DNA of 64,000 bases from Dendrobates tinctorius (taxonomy: Eukaryota). A model generated the notes under the pieces. That model saw only the letters and a list, made by a program, of their open reading frames with translations, ran no database searches and was not told where the DNA came from. The position numbers and the translations under genes are program-made. Positions within the stretch are counted from its first letter, which is position 1; each line of letters opens with the position of its first letter. Positions 24,180 to 37,527 of this stretch are shown in pieces. Location: the NCBI RefSeq assembly GCF_039654945.1, contig NW_027361727.1, positions 22,630,001-22,694,000 of the forward strand, read 5' to 3'.

Positions 24180-26389
24180 TCTATATTTTGTGAAATAAAA
24201 GAATAAGATAAGGTTTTCCAGTCCATAGTGGGTAAATGATACAGTTTTTAAGGGAAACTGGGATCCGGTTTGTAAGAAAGGAAAATTAATAAAGGGGTAT
24301 TCCTATCCACTTATCCCGTCCTTTCTATTTGCATCAGTTTACTCCCACCCTCTAACAGTATGCTGATAGTGTACTTCAGAGTTGTACTGTCCCAACAGAG
24401 GAAAGGAGCCACAGCGGTGCCCATGAGCCCCAGAAATGTTTCTTGTGCAATTTAAAGGGACATGCACCAGCACCATAACTGGACGGTGACCCCCCCCCCC
24501 CCCCAATCACATCTACTGTGTGAGTTAGCTCACAATGTAAAGGGTGGTAATATTATGCATGGTTGGTTCCCTTTAATTATGATTTTTTAGTTATGCACCA
24601 TGTGTACCTGGTTTTGTCATTTATTTTATTCTGTAAATGTTGCAAAAAATAGTATAAAATATGAAAACATATGTTCATATAATTAGTTTTCAAAGCCTCT
24701 TACTGGCTGCCATAAAGTGTTTGCTGCACCTGTGAATAACCTATCTGGCCTATGTGCACTTTTATTACAGTCAAGTGTTTTTTTTTTCTTTTTGCTCCCT
24801 GTTATCAGTCATATCAGGGAGGGAACAGTGTGACTGTAGCGATTTACAGTGGAATGATTATCAATAAAAAAAAATCTCCAAAAATCCCCCCCCAATAACA
24901 AGCACCTAACCTGTTATATTTTAAAGTGAGAAATATCCTAGATCATTTACACGTGATTGATTCACCCTTATATTGCATAAACACCTTATTATGGACAGAG
25001 CTGGCTCCTCGGGGGCGGTGTCTAACACAGATTCCAAGAAAAGTATCTGCGTCATGCTCCACCCCCTCTGTCTGTTCACTAGACCTAATACAGAAGTGTC
25101 AATTTTATCTGAAATGTTTTGTTAAAACCCTTAGTACGTAATTTGTTTTGGCCTTCAGGACACAGTGATTTTTGTATTTTAATTTTTCAGTTTCTTACAT
25201 CACTTTTTTCTTTTTTCCTCTTCAATTTAGGCATATTTATTTCATCTTGTATTTGCCAATCTGGTTATATTCTCAGTGGCTTTTTTTTTGGTTACTTTGG
25301 TTTCTTATGTCATTCATTGTGCAGTATAAATAATTATATCATGATGAATGTGGCGATGTACTATTTTGTTTTTATTTCACTATGACTGCCCTCTCTCACG
25401 GGCAATACCGGTCAATTCTGACAGCGTGTGCACTGATTCAGAAGTATGCAGTCACATAGAGGGACTGCAGAGTTTTATCAGAAAACCGAGCAACCTCTTT
25501 AAGATATAAAGCCAAAACTGGTTTTCCTGATCTCCGTACCTCCTGTTCCACCTAGACGGACTTTCCACTTTATGATTAGTGTTGGTCGGCCGAATTTTAG
25601 CAACCCTACCTATCCTGAGAATGAACGTGCCTCAGCATTTCTAAGGCTTCCCTCCACAGCAGCGCTCCCTCCAACATAATAAAAACCGAATAAAGTTGAC
25701 CCCTTTGATTAAACGGTTCAGTGCTGCAGTTCCATGGCTGGGAGAGCTGCTAAGGAGGGAAGAAAACGGACTGGATCATAAAGTGATGATGATATATCTG
25801 AAATTTATATGTCTTTTTCTAGTTAGGTGAATTGGGGCTGTGTTGTACCTCTCTGCAGGAAGCAAAAAAAAACAAAACAGGCAAGCACATATAAAATAGA
25901 CTTAAAAAAGGCGCAAATTAAAAGAAAAATTAAATTCAAAGGCAAAAAATGGTGAACAGAACCAATACTAGAAAGAAAAAGAAAGCACATATGCGGTTAT
26001 AAATTGGGCCTTATTACTTTCGGAAGAAGAGGAGGAAAAAAATAAAAATTGGAGACGACTGGAAGGTGTTAAGGTCAAACCACCAATAGTAATAGTTATT
26101 ATTAGATGTTATTACCAGTTGTCTACAATGTACAGTTCTGTGGTTCTCTAGCATCGCAGACGTTTTTGGTCATGACTCATTTCTAGTTGGGAGGTCCAAA
26201 GCATTGATCCAAATGTAGGCCTAGACCTATTGAGCGGGGTTATCAGAACTTAGGTAACCAATGTAATATGACACAATGGGTATTACCAAAGAATAATGGC
26301 CATCTTCTACTGAGGAAAGCTTAAAAAATGTAAGGCTTTAATAAGGGAACATGTGGCTATATGATAACACACCTAATTTTCCTTTCCAG

Positions 26390-27025
26390 GAGAAAGAGGT
26401 TTGTTAATGGAAAACAATGACAGAATCTTTGAAAACCATGAAGATGTGAAAGGCCCATTTCCACAAACTGCCCTTAAGCAAGGGAAGAGCCTCTACAAGC
26501 GAAGCTGTGAGGAGGGCGAGCTACACCCTCATACCAAGAAGAAAAATATTGATTTAATCTTCAAAGATGTCTTGGAGGCTTCTCTAGAGTCTGCTAAAAT
26601 GGAAGACCATCCCCTGGTGACAAGTAGTCCTATACTCGGGAAGAAGGTTCCTAAGTATCAGTATGAGAACCACAGAGATAGATGTAAAACAAGCCAAAAG
26701 ATTTCTGCCCCAAACCAAACAAGAATCTCAATGGAGTGGAAGGTCCCTAATGCTTCCGTTCAAGGTCTAGACAGGGATACCAACCTACCAGAAGATGATC
26801 TAGAAGACCGCTCATCTTTCAAAGTAGAAAGTCCTGATGAGTTCGCTGCCCTTTTTGATACTGTTGAAATCCCCACCACTTCTTTCTGCCCAAACTGTAT
26901 GAGGTTAAAGAAGAAAATCCGTGAGCTTCAGGCCGAGGTGGAAAGGCTAAGATCTGGAAAAGTCCCTGAAGTTCCTCAGTTGTTTCCTAATAAAACTGAG
27001 GTTCCAGAGTTTTCCGATATCTCAG
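26390..27025 (+). CDS. PRDM11: PRDM11 penultimate coding exon, duplicate copy 2
   Basis: 636 bp as in copy 1; splice sites intact; open frame. Expression unknown. Confidence 0.75.
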
Positions 27026-27323
27026 GTATGGAATTGGCACTTGCCGACAGTTTACGTTTAGTATTGTCTGTTCTCATGGTAGATTAGTTAGCTATCCTTG
27101 ACACAACCAATCTACAGAACAAAAACTAGCTAGTCTTGGTATGTATTTTTTTAATTTATGGGGTTCTTGGAGGCAAAATTTTAATAAAACAAAAGCTTTT
27201 AGTCTTACAGGGTCACATGGTGCATAATAATCTCTTTACTACCCATCTATTTTTTTTCTTTTCAATGTCCAAGTGAAATTTTTTATTTTTTTTGATCTGT
27301 TGACTTTTGTCTCCCTGCTCCAG

Positions 27324-29479
27324 AAAACATGTCCATCGCACCCACAATAATGGAAGACGACGATCAGGAAGTAGACTCTGCAGACGAGTCGGTCTCCATT
27401 GAGATACTGGCATCTACCGACGAGCCTTCTAAGATATCTTCATCTACCGGTAGACGGATCCGTCGCTTCAAGCAAGAATGGTTAAAAAAGTTCTGGTTCT
27501 TGAGATACTCGTCTACGTTGAATGAGATGTGGTGTCACGTTTGTAGACAGTACACAGTGCAGTCCTCAAGGACTTCAGCTTTCATCATCGGTTCCAAACA
27601 GTTTAAGATTCACACTATAAAGCTCCACAGCCAAAGTAACCTCCACAAAAAATGTTTGCAGCTCTACATGCTCAGGATGCACCCCGAAAAGACAGAGGAA
27701 ATGTGCAGGAACATGACTCTCCTTTTCAACACCGCATACCACTTGGCTATGGAAGGTAGGCCTTATTATGACTTCCGACCTCTAGCAGAACTACTGAGAA
27801 AGTGTGAACTCCGCGTAGTTGACCAGTACATGAACGAAGGCGATTGTCAGATTTTGATTCATCACATCGCCAGAGCACTTAGAGAAGACTTAGTAGAGCG
27901 CATTCGACAATCTCCATTCCTAAGCATTATCTTAGATGGGCAAAGTGAAGAGCTTCTTGTCGATACGGTGGCAGTCTACGTCCAGTACACCAGTAACGAT
28001 GGCCCACCTGCCACAGAGTTTCTCTCTTTTCAAGAGCTGGGTTTGCCAACCACTGAGAGTTATCTCCAAGGCATTGACAGGGCTTTCTCAGCTCTTGGTA
28101 TCCGACTGCAGGATGAGAGGCCAACCGTAGGGTTAGGAGTTGATGGAGCCAACATATCGGCTGGATTACGAGCAAATATGTATATGACAATCAGGAAAAC
28201 CTTGCCTTGGCTACTGTGTTTACCATTTATGGTACACAGGCCCCACTTAGAAATTTTGGATGCAATTAGTGGAAAAGAACTTCCTTGTTTAGAAGAATTA
28301 GAAAATAACCTGAAGCAGCTACTTAGTTTCTACCGGTACTCTCCCCGTCTGATGTGTGAACTTCGACTTACTGCTGCAACCCTTTGCGAGGAAACAGAAT
28401 TCCTAGGTGATATACGGGCAGTGAAATGGATAATAGGGGAGCAGAATGTGCTGAATGCTCTGATTAAGGACTACCTGGAAGTGGTGGCCCATTTGAAAGA
28501 CGTCAGCGGTCAAACACAACGAGCCGGCGCCTCCGCCATTGCATTAGCCCTCCTTCAGTTTCTCATGGATTATCAGTCAATTAAGCTTATATACTTCCTT
28601 TTGGATGTAATCGCGGTATTGTCCCGCCTGGCCTACGTCTTCCAGGGCGAGTATCTCTTGGTGTCCCAAGTGGATGAGAAAATAGAAGAAGCCATTCAAG
28701 AAGTCAGCCGCTTGACAGATTCTCCTGGGGAATATCTTCAGGAGTTCGAAGAAAACTTCAGGGAAAGTTTCAATGGGATCTCCTTGAAGAATTTACGTGT
28801 GGCCGAAGCAAAGTTTCAGTCCATCCGTGAGAAGATTTGTCAGAAAACCCAACTCACCCTGGCCCAACGGTTTGATTCCCGAAGCCGAATATTTGTAAAA
28901 GCTTGCCAAGTTTTCGATTTGTCTATGTGGCCCCAGAGGACAGAGGAACTCATAGGCTATGGAGAGGAGGAAATGCTGCAAATATACGAACACCTGAGTG
29001 GCATTCAGTCATTTCTTTCCGACTGCAGGGATGATGCTGACACCAGAAGCGGCCTATTAATGGAATGGCGAGAGCTAAAGGCTGACTACTGTACCGAAAA
29101 CGGTTTTAAAGATTTAATAGGCCATATCTGTAAGTACAAACAGAGATTCCTGCTCTTAAACAAGATAGTACAGATCCTAAAAGTCCTTCCCACGTCTACG
29201 GCCTGCTGCGAAAAAGGGCGCAACGCTCTCCAAAGGCTGCGCAAAAACAACCGCTCAAGGCTGACTTTAGACCAGTTGAGCGACCTCTTGACCATAGCCG
29301 TGAATGGACCGTCCATCTCTAATTTCGATGCCAAGAGACCTCTGGACGGTTGGTTTGAGGAAAAGTCAGGGAATAGCTACTCCTTGTCTGCCGAGATGCT
29401 CAGCAAGATGTCTTCTCTGGACCAGAAACCCATGCTCCACTCTATGGAGCTAGGCTCCGAGTACTACCAAGACGTTTAA
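27324..29479 (+). CDS. PRDM11: PRDM11 terminal ZNF862-like exon, duplicate copy 2
   Basis: 716-aa open frame. The original acceptor is mutated (ctccctg, 27316) but the next AG (27322-27323) is in frame. Expression unknown. Confidence 0.72.
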
Positions 29480-32039
29480 ACTTTTTTTTTTTTTTTTGCA
29501 GCCCTGAAGCTATTGGATGTTTTTTTTCTATCTATACTCTAGTTTTTGGTATATTATAAAAAAATGTAAAAAATTAAATATATATATTATATATATTAAT
29601 AGAAAAAAAAAAATCCCACTAAATATTTACCAAAAGACTGAGCCTTTTCTTAGGAAACTTTACAAATGGTATCACATTTTTCACCTATGGCAGCTGGAAT
29701 GGTTTCGTTATGGCCAGAATAGGACAGAGAAACCACAAACCCTTTTCCCAAAGCATGTACAATCCCGAGCAGGTACCTTTTTTTATACATACCCCTCTGT
29801 TTTGTTCATAGGCCAGAACAAACATTTGTATGTCAGGACCCCGGAAGTCCAAATCCACATAAATCACTATAATATATATATATATTATAATTTAATCTAT
29901 GTTTTATCCTAATTTGTATTCTCCTTTTATGTATTATGTTAAAAAAAAAACAAAACAAATATGTATCTTGTATCTAAAAATCACCAAATGGGCAAACTTT
30001 TATTTTCACTGCCTCTCTGTCCCCAGGGTACAATGGCGGGGGTGCATTTGGGTCCAAAGCTGGCTAACCGCACCTCGGGGAGACTCTTCATTCTAACGAC
30101 AAGCACTGTAGCAGTCACCCCAATGTTTATTATACCTGAATCACTTTCCTTTTACGACACTTACAAAAGTTTTGTAATCACACACAATGTATACTTCTTG
30201 TATTGTTTGGGGAATTTATGGCAGAGTTTATGTTTAAAAAATATTTTTTAAATATATATATATATTTTTTTCTTAATACTGTAATGTTTTAGCTTGTACA
30301 GATGTAGCAGAGCTGATTTTGTAATTTGGCACAGTTTATTGGGCTATCACATTGATAGCTGAATCTGCACTTTCCTTGGATTGACGGAGTGCCTAAAGAA
30401 AAAAAAAAAAGTTAAATTGCAAACTCGGCTCTGCTACATCTCTATATTGCTGCGGAGAGAATTCATTTTGTGAAGTAAAAGAATAAGCTAAGGTTTTCCA
30501 GTCCATAGTGGGTACATGATACAGTTTTTAAGGAAAACTGAGATCCGGTTTGTAAGAAAGGAAAATTAATAAAGGGGTATTCCTATCCACTTACCACCGA
30601 TGTGGCAATGCGACGGGGAGCCTAGGTGGTCTTCACTAATGGTTCCATTTCTCCACGCCATATTAGAAGACGACAGTGTTACGATGAGAGACTCCATTCT
30701 CAGAACCCTGGTCCACCGGCCCGACGGGAGCCCTTAGCTACGTCCTCCTATATTGCCGTCATCCTCAGTGTCTCTTCTGATTAGCGGGCCCAGTGCAACA
30801 TCATGAGTGTGTCACTATGCAGAAGAGGCGCTGGGGATGCCAACAGGTAGGAGTCAGTTTGTCGGACTCCCATCGGATCGCCATGGACTACTAATGTGGC
30901 CGCCGGATCAGGGAACAACAAATCAATTCGCTCATCTATAGCGGGGATCTCTGTTACCGATTTACAGTTCAAAGAGTTGTGCAGCACTGCTATTATTGGG
31001 ATAGGTCATCAGTATCAGATCAGTGGTGATCCGACACCGATCACCGTTAGAAAGGTACAGATCCAGAACAGCTCAGCTACTGTGGAAGTGAATGTGATCT
31101 GAGCTGCAGTACCCGAGAATGGCCACTACACAGTGTACGGCGCTGTGCTGGTTCTGTACACTGTGAATCTACGTTGGCGGCAGGACCAACTGATCAGCAA
31201 AGATTCCAACTGTCAGACCGCCACCAATCTGATCCCCAAATCTTAGTGTTGGTCAAAAAGTTAGAAAATGGGAGTCTGACTTTTGGGACCTTCAACAAGG
31301 GGCACCTAAAAAAAGGGGGATATTGTACAGAGCCCCTGCTCCAAAAAATTCTCTCTATGGGAGATATGGAAAAGGACCACTGTTCTCATAACCTAGCACA
31401 TCTAAGTTGGGGCTGGTGACTCCAGTTCTTTTGATTAAAGTAGGCCTCTGGGAATAGGTGATTCTTATTTTAAGCTGGAATACCTCTTTAAGGGGATTTT
31501 CTCAATAGAACTGGTGGCTGTTCCGTGTGATTGTCTCCCCATTTAGAGGTGATAGTCCATATGCCCTAATAGGACGTGCAGCGAGGAGTTGTCTTCTTGA
31601 GTCAATCCCCTTAAGTTTTCCTTTCTTCTAGATCCAGTCCCAGTTTTTGCAAAAAAAAAACAACTGCAACTGAACTGCGTGGTGTGTGAACTCAACTGTC
31701 ACATAATCCTTATTCAAAGCAGCTACTTCCTGTCCTGTAATGTAAGAATGTGAGGCCCGACTCTGCCACCATGGTTACTAGCATGCTGCAATATGCAGGC
31801 ATCCTTTATAAAAATCGAAAAAATATATCAATAAAATGAGATAAAATGCCTGCAGTAAGCCAGTTCTTTGTGTGTACGCCTTGTATGTTCCATATCATAT
31901 TGTCTAATATAATTCTGTGTGTAGGTTACGTCAGTGACTGAAAGCCATGCGTCTGGCATCCAACAAGGCAATATAATAATGTACCAGTTTAAATGCCAGC
32001 CTGATCTCTATGAGGCAGTGCTACATAAATAGTGGAGGC

Positions 32040-32610
32040 ATTACTGATCCTGAGTTACATCCTGTATTATACTCCAGAGCTGCACTCACTATTCTGCTGG
32101 TGCAGTCACTGTGTACACACATTACATTACTGATCCTGAGTTACATCCTGTATTATACTCCAGAGCTGCACTCACTATTCTGCTGGTGCACTCACTGTGT
32201 ACATACATTACATTACTGATCCTGAGTTACCTCCTGTATTATACCCCAGAGCTGCACTCACTATTCTGCTGGTGCAGTCACTGTGTACATACATTACATT
32301 ACTGATCCTGAGTTCCATCCTGTATTATACCCCAGAGCTGCGCTCACTATTCTGCTGGTGCAGTCACTGTGTACATACATTACATTACTGATCCTGAGTT
32401 ACATCCTGTATTATACTCCAGAGCTGCACTCACTATTCTGCTGGTGCAGTCACTGTGTACATACATTACATTACTGATCCTGAGTTACATCCTGTATTAT
32501 ACTCCAGAGCTGCACTCACTATTCTGCTGGTGCAATCACTGTGTACATACATTACATTACTGATCCTGAGTTACATCCTGTATTATACTCCAGAGCTGCA
32601 CTCACTATTC
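32040..32610 (+). repeat. 86-bp minisatellite, about 6.5 units
   Basis: Unit ATTACTGATCCTGAGTTACATCCTGTATTATACTCCAGAGCTGCACTCACTATTCTGCTGGTGCAGTCACTGTGTACATACATTAC. Confidence 0.93.
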
Positions 32611-33245
32611 TATATACTGCTGAGCATTGTGAAAATCTGGGCATGACCAAGTGACCTGGAACTGGTTACTAGGGATATGCTGCCTAACAATGCAGTATAA
32701 TCTATAGTGTTCCTTTAGCATGCAGATTAACTCAGATGTCTCTGCTTTTTGTCTCTATGTCAGATGCCTGAGCTTTGCTCCTTACCTGCAGCCTGTTTTC
32801 TCTGCCCTCCCTGAGACTGTACACACATTCTCTGTTCCCCATACTGTGGAAATCTGCTGTTCCTGCCGCTAAGAAGAGTGAGGGGAGAGCAGAGAGAGAT
32901 TTCGGGAATTCTTGATGGAATTGTAACATTTTTGTAGATCATTTACATAAAAGGCTTAGATATGTTATTGTGCATCAGCAAAATGGTAGAAAATTTCTAA
33001 TGAAGACTAAAAATGTGCTTGATTTTGTATTTTAGGATTTAAATGAGCCATCTTAAAAATTAAGTGTAAAGGTTGGCTCTAGATATAGTTTACTAAAAAT
33101 GTAGCTTTTTACAATTACCTTTAAAATTTCATTTTTGATGAATGGCAATTCTCGGGTTTACCGCAACAGAGAGGAGCCAGAAGACCATAGAATCAGATTT
33201 CTTCTCCTGCACTGATTAGAAGCACTTCACCTTCATATTAAACGG

Positions 33246-33822
33246 TGTAAATTTCGTTTGGCGGTACCGGGGTTAATCTGCTCAGTTGGGAGCTCCTGGA
33301 GCTAAGGCTCTCATCTGTGCACTGTTGGCCACTCCCAACCCCTATATAATCTGGATCCTGGCTGGCAGTCATTGTCAGAGTTAACTTATGCTGCATGGCT
33401 GGAGGTTGTTGGTTGTTATTATTAGGGAAAGCGTTTGGTGGATTTATCTGTGACTATTGCTAGGTTTTGAGTGTGCAATAATTCCCTCTCTTCTACTTTG
33501 GTTTAACCCCATCCTCCACTCCCTGGTGTTTTCCCGGTGTTGTTTGTGTGTATATTTGTATGATTGGTATTTTCCTTTATCCCTGTTCGTATTACCTTGT
33601 TAGTCTGGTTGTTGTATTATGGTACACTAATAATTCGCTCTTCCCTGAGTGGGGGAATGGTACAGACTGAGGACGGATTCAGAAGCTAAGTCAAGGTACG
33701 TGGCCCCGGCATCATCACCATCAGCAGTAATCTGGGGAGCAGGGAGAGCTAGGGCGCTCCCTAGCATTAGGGACAGGAAAGGAGCCTATGGTCCCTGGAC
33801 ACCCAACAACAGAGTCATTACA
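33246..33822 (+). mobile_element. Probable solo LTR
   Basis: TGTAA...TTACA termini, TATATAA near 33344, T-rich 3' part; no clear TSD. Confidence 0.5.
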
Positions 33823-34837
33823 GGTGGCATATACCATTCTCTTTATCTATAATGAGACCTTAGATGGGATGGATAATCATCCCTTATGTATATTCTTTGT
33901 CTATGATTAACGTTCCGAGCCTTGTGGAAATGGAGGCAATAACTAGGAATGACTATGACTATACCTATACCTTTAATTAAATGCGCTGCCTAAATGTCCA
34001 TTGATGGTTTTCTGACCCCTACTTATCTTCAACAATGCTGGTATTCATTCCTGTCTGTCCCCTGATTTGATCCTACCGTTTATCTGGAGATCACCACTTT
34101 CTCCATGCAATGTATATGGTATGCACCATTGATACCAATGGGGAATCAGCAATATGGGTTGTAGTTTTTTTTTTTTTTCTATCCCTACGAGGTAGGATGA
34201 ATGTGTTACATCTGTGGGATTACTAACACTATTTAAGATCTATGCCATGAAGGGGAACATTGGATATATACCGAGCATTAATTGGTTAAAAGATCTCCTT
34301 TATGCATGAGATTAACTATTCAATCACAGACAGGAATTTCTTATCTGTACTGAGCATGTAGATTGCATTATACATAGTCTCTTATATTTTTCTTTGATCA
34401 TACATGCCCCCCCTTCTTTTGCCCCATGCGCTGTGTACTGTGAGCTCACTATATGACTGGAAGTGGGCTGTGGTTATATTTACATGATCATATTAGATCC
34501 GCCCCATAGGGTGACAAACAGTGGTACAGGGCTTAATTCAAAGTGACTTATCGCTAGATTTGGCCTGATCTACCCCACTGGACGGAGGGAGAGGAAAAGG
34601 AAAAAAAAAAAGGGAAAAGAAGGCATATGACCTAATTGTAAGCTATATATCTTTAATCGCGGCACTACTGTGGCGTCCTAAATATGCTTGGTTTGCCTCA
34701 CAGGGCGGTCACAACGGAGATGCCTAATTTACCCGGAGATGAGATATCGCTGTATTTTGCAATCACCCTCTAGCTGGAGATCTCACTGTGTGAACTTGCC
34801 GCGATTGTAGCGGCGTTCACCTCCGAACATACAGAGT

Positions 34838-36055
34838 AACATAGTAACATAGTTTTGAAGGCTGAAGGAAGACCTTACGTCCATCTAGTTCAGCCTATTT
34901 TTAGTGCAGCTGTTCTGCATTGTTGATCCTGGGGAAGGCAAAAAAACCCACAGAGTAGAAGACAATTTTCTCCATAGGGAAAAAAATTCCTTCCCCTATG
35001 CTGGGTCAACCATCTACCTATAATATTCTGTTATTCGTAACCTTCTATACTGTTACTCACAAGAAAAGCATCCATTCCTTTCTTAAATTCATTCAGTGAG
35101 TTGGCCATCACCACTTCCTCAGGAAGAGAATTCCAGAGCCTCACTGCTCTTACCGTGAAGAACCCTCTTCTATGCTGGTGCAAAAATTGTCTTTCCTCCA
35201 AATGAAGAGAATGCCCCCTTGTTCTTGTCAGAGTCCTTGGTACAAACCAATCATTGGAGAGATCTCTGTATTGCCCTCTGATATACTTGTACATATATAT
35301 TAAGTCTCCCCTAAGTCTTCTCTTTTCTAGAGTAAATAGACCTAATTTTGATAACCTTTCTATGTATTGTAGTGAACCAACTCCATTTATCATTTTAGTA
35401 GCCCGCCTTTGAACCCTTTCAAGTTCAGTAATGTCTCTTTCTTGAGCACCGGCGTCCAAAATTGCACACAATCCTCCAAGTGTGGTCCGACGAGTGATTT
35501 GTACAGAGGGAGAATTTTGTTTTCATCTCGTGTCCCCAGACCTCTTCCAATGCATCCCATGACCCTTTTTGCTTTGGTGGCAGCTGCCTGACACTGGGCA
35601 CTCCAATTTAGCTTCTTATTGACTAAGATGCCTAAGTCTTTTTCCATGTCTGGTTTCCCCAGCAGTTTCCCATTTAGTAAGTAATTGTAGCATCTGTTTC
35701 TCCTTCCCATGTGCATAACCTTACACTTATCTGTGTTAAACAAGCCATTTTTCAGCCCAATTCTCCAATTTACTCAAATCTGTCTGTAGTTGCAAACTGT
35801 CCTCCTTTGTGTTAACTACCTTACATAGTTTTGTATCATCTGCAAATACTAATATTTTACGGTGTAAGCCATCCACTAGATCATTAATATATTAAATAGT
35901 AGAGGGCCCAATACAGACCCCTGTGGTCCCCCACTAGTAACCCTGGCCCAATCTGAGGATGCCCCATTAATAACCACTCTTTGCTTTCTATCACTAAGCC
36001 AGCTACCACCCATCTACACACATTTTCCCCTAGCCCAAGCTTTCTCATCTTACCA
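34838..36055 (-). mobile_element. CR1-clade LINE 3' fragment (decayed ORF2 C-terminus, 3' UTR and tail)
   Basis: FNTDKCKVMHMG, LYKSLVGPHLE, LERVQRRATKMI, GLFTLEKRRLRGDLI and VRLWNSLP; (CTATGTTA)n tail near 34838-34852; frameshifted. Confidence 0.88.
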
Positions 36056-36763
36056 ATCTTTTAAGTAAGGGTGACACTTTGCGGTATCAGCGCTTGTCCT
36101 CCGTTTGGAGTCCTCACCATGTGAGCTTGGTGTGACCACTGCTGAGTGACCTTACTAAGCGGGTTTACCGCGACTGTAGCGGCGCTTACTCCATAGAGAT
36201 GATATATCGCGGTATCCATGATCACCTTCACCCTGGAAATCTTACTGTGTGAATTTACTGTGATGCAAGCGGCGTCTATGCCCCAGGGGATTAATCTGAC
36301 ACAAATACCCCATTGTGAGGGACATCATATCTGTATATTAGGATTAATTTATAACTTTGGCCTTATACAATGGTGCCCTATTCTGACAAATATATCGAGG
36401 CATGATCATTTATGTTTTGAATTGAAAAGTTGATTGCTGTGTTGGTCAATTTTTGAGCTTGGGCAGATTCTTAGTAAATATAAGGGAGCATAGGGTCGGG
36501 TTCACTGACCTCTCACTATTATACCAATCAATGGGCTTCTTGCATATACTTTCCCTACTGGCCATTGATCTGACTACCTCAGGTGAGGCTAAACGCCAGG
36601 GGTGGAACTTGTGTGTAGGATGGTCTATTTAAGGAAACCACACCATCTATCCATGGGACTTACTTTTTGGCAGTGATATGGACAGTCACAATGCTAGTTG
36701 AGGCACCTTCTCTTTTTCTTTATGGACAAATATAGTTAAACCCCCTTTAATCTTTTTGTATAA

Positions 36764-36808
36764 CTCCCCTGATGAATCCCCGTTATTGGGGAGGAAACGC
36801 GTAGGGAG
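36764..36808 (+). ncRNA. Minimal type I hammerhead ribozyme motif of the Penelope-like-element kind
   Basis: CTCCC-CTGATGA-A-TCCCC-gttatt-GGGGA-G-GAAA-CGCG-TA-GGGAG: stem I, core, stem II, palindromic stem III and a GUA site. Confidence 0.72.
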
Positions 36809-37172
36809 CAAATACCCCTTCTGACGACCGGGGGTGACACTATAGGGTCCATTTGGGGCCTGTCCTTGTAAGGGCAGGAGGAATACCTGGGCACGACAGG
36901 GAGGATAGGGAAAACTGCACATCTGTAACCCTTTAACCTCCTTTTCCACACGCTGTCTTGTGCTGCTATATGGACCCAAATACCCGGCAGGGGACCTCTG
37001 AAAAATAGGCCGGGGCGTCTATGTCCATGAGTAATGGTGAAACCGAACCATTTTTTAAATGAGCACTGATACGCACAAGCACTATTATGTCTGTTTATGT
37101 GATGTCTCAGGTTTTAATGAATTATTAAAGCTTGTGTTTTATTTTGAATGGGAATCCTCCAAGCTACTGACA

Positions 37173-37527
37173 TCTATAATAATAAATGCCCTAAGCAGCT
37201 TCCGGTTGTAACAACTTCCGTCCAGTTGTAACCGGTGATGTCACCGCACACCTCTTTCCATGTTAACCCGCCGCAAGAACATGTTGCCGGCGTGGACAAC
37301 GTCTGGATCCAGGATGGCGCCGGCGGAAGAAGATGTCGGGGATCGTGGAGCAGCGGCGATGACGGCGTGAGTATGAGAGACGGAGTCAGAGAAGGGGTCG
37401 TATGTGGAGTGAAAGAGTGAGTGGAGATGGTGAAAGGTGAGAGGAGTGTGTGTGTTGAGGGTTAACATGGCAAGAGGTGTGATGCTATCGCATCCTCCCG
37501 ATGCGACAGCATCGGGCCATAATCTAG
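37173..37527 (+). mobile_element. Non-autonomous Helitron-like element (355 bp)
   Basis: A|TC start, CTAG|T end, subterminal hairpin CCCGATGC-gaca-GCATCGGG (37497-37516), no TSD. Confidence 0.8.

Larger units (their letters stand above)
17312..30593 (+). repeat. Tandem segmental duplication: copy 1 17312-24313, copy 2 24309-30593
   Basis: Colinear intron, two exons and 3' flank; ACTTA microhomology at 17312, 24309 and 30589. Confidence 0.93.

Noticed and set aside
24194-24293. Poly(A) signal difference between duplicates (AATAAA at 24194 vs AGTAAA in copy 2)
   Set aside because: AT-rich region, and both copies keep another AATAAA (24288 and 30568); cannot be assigned without 3'-end data.
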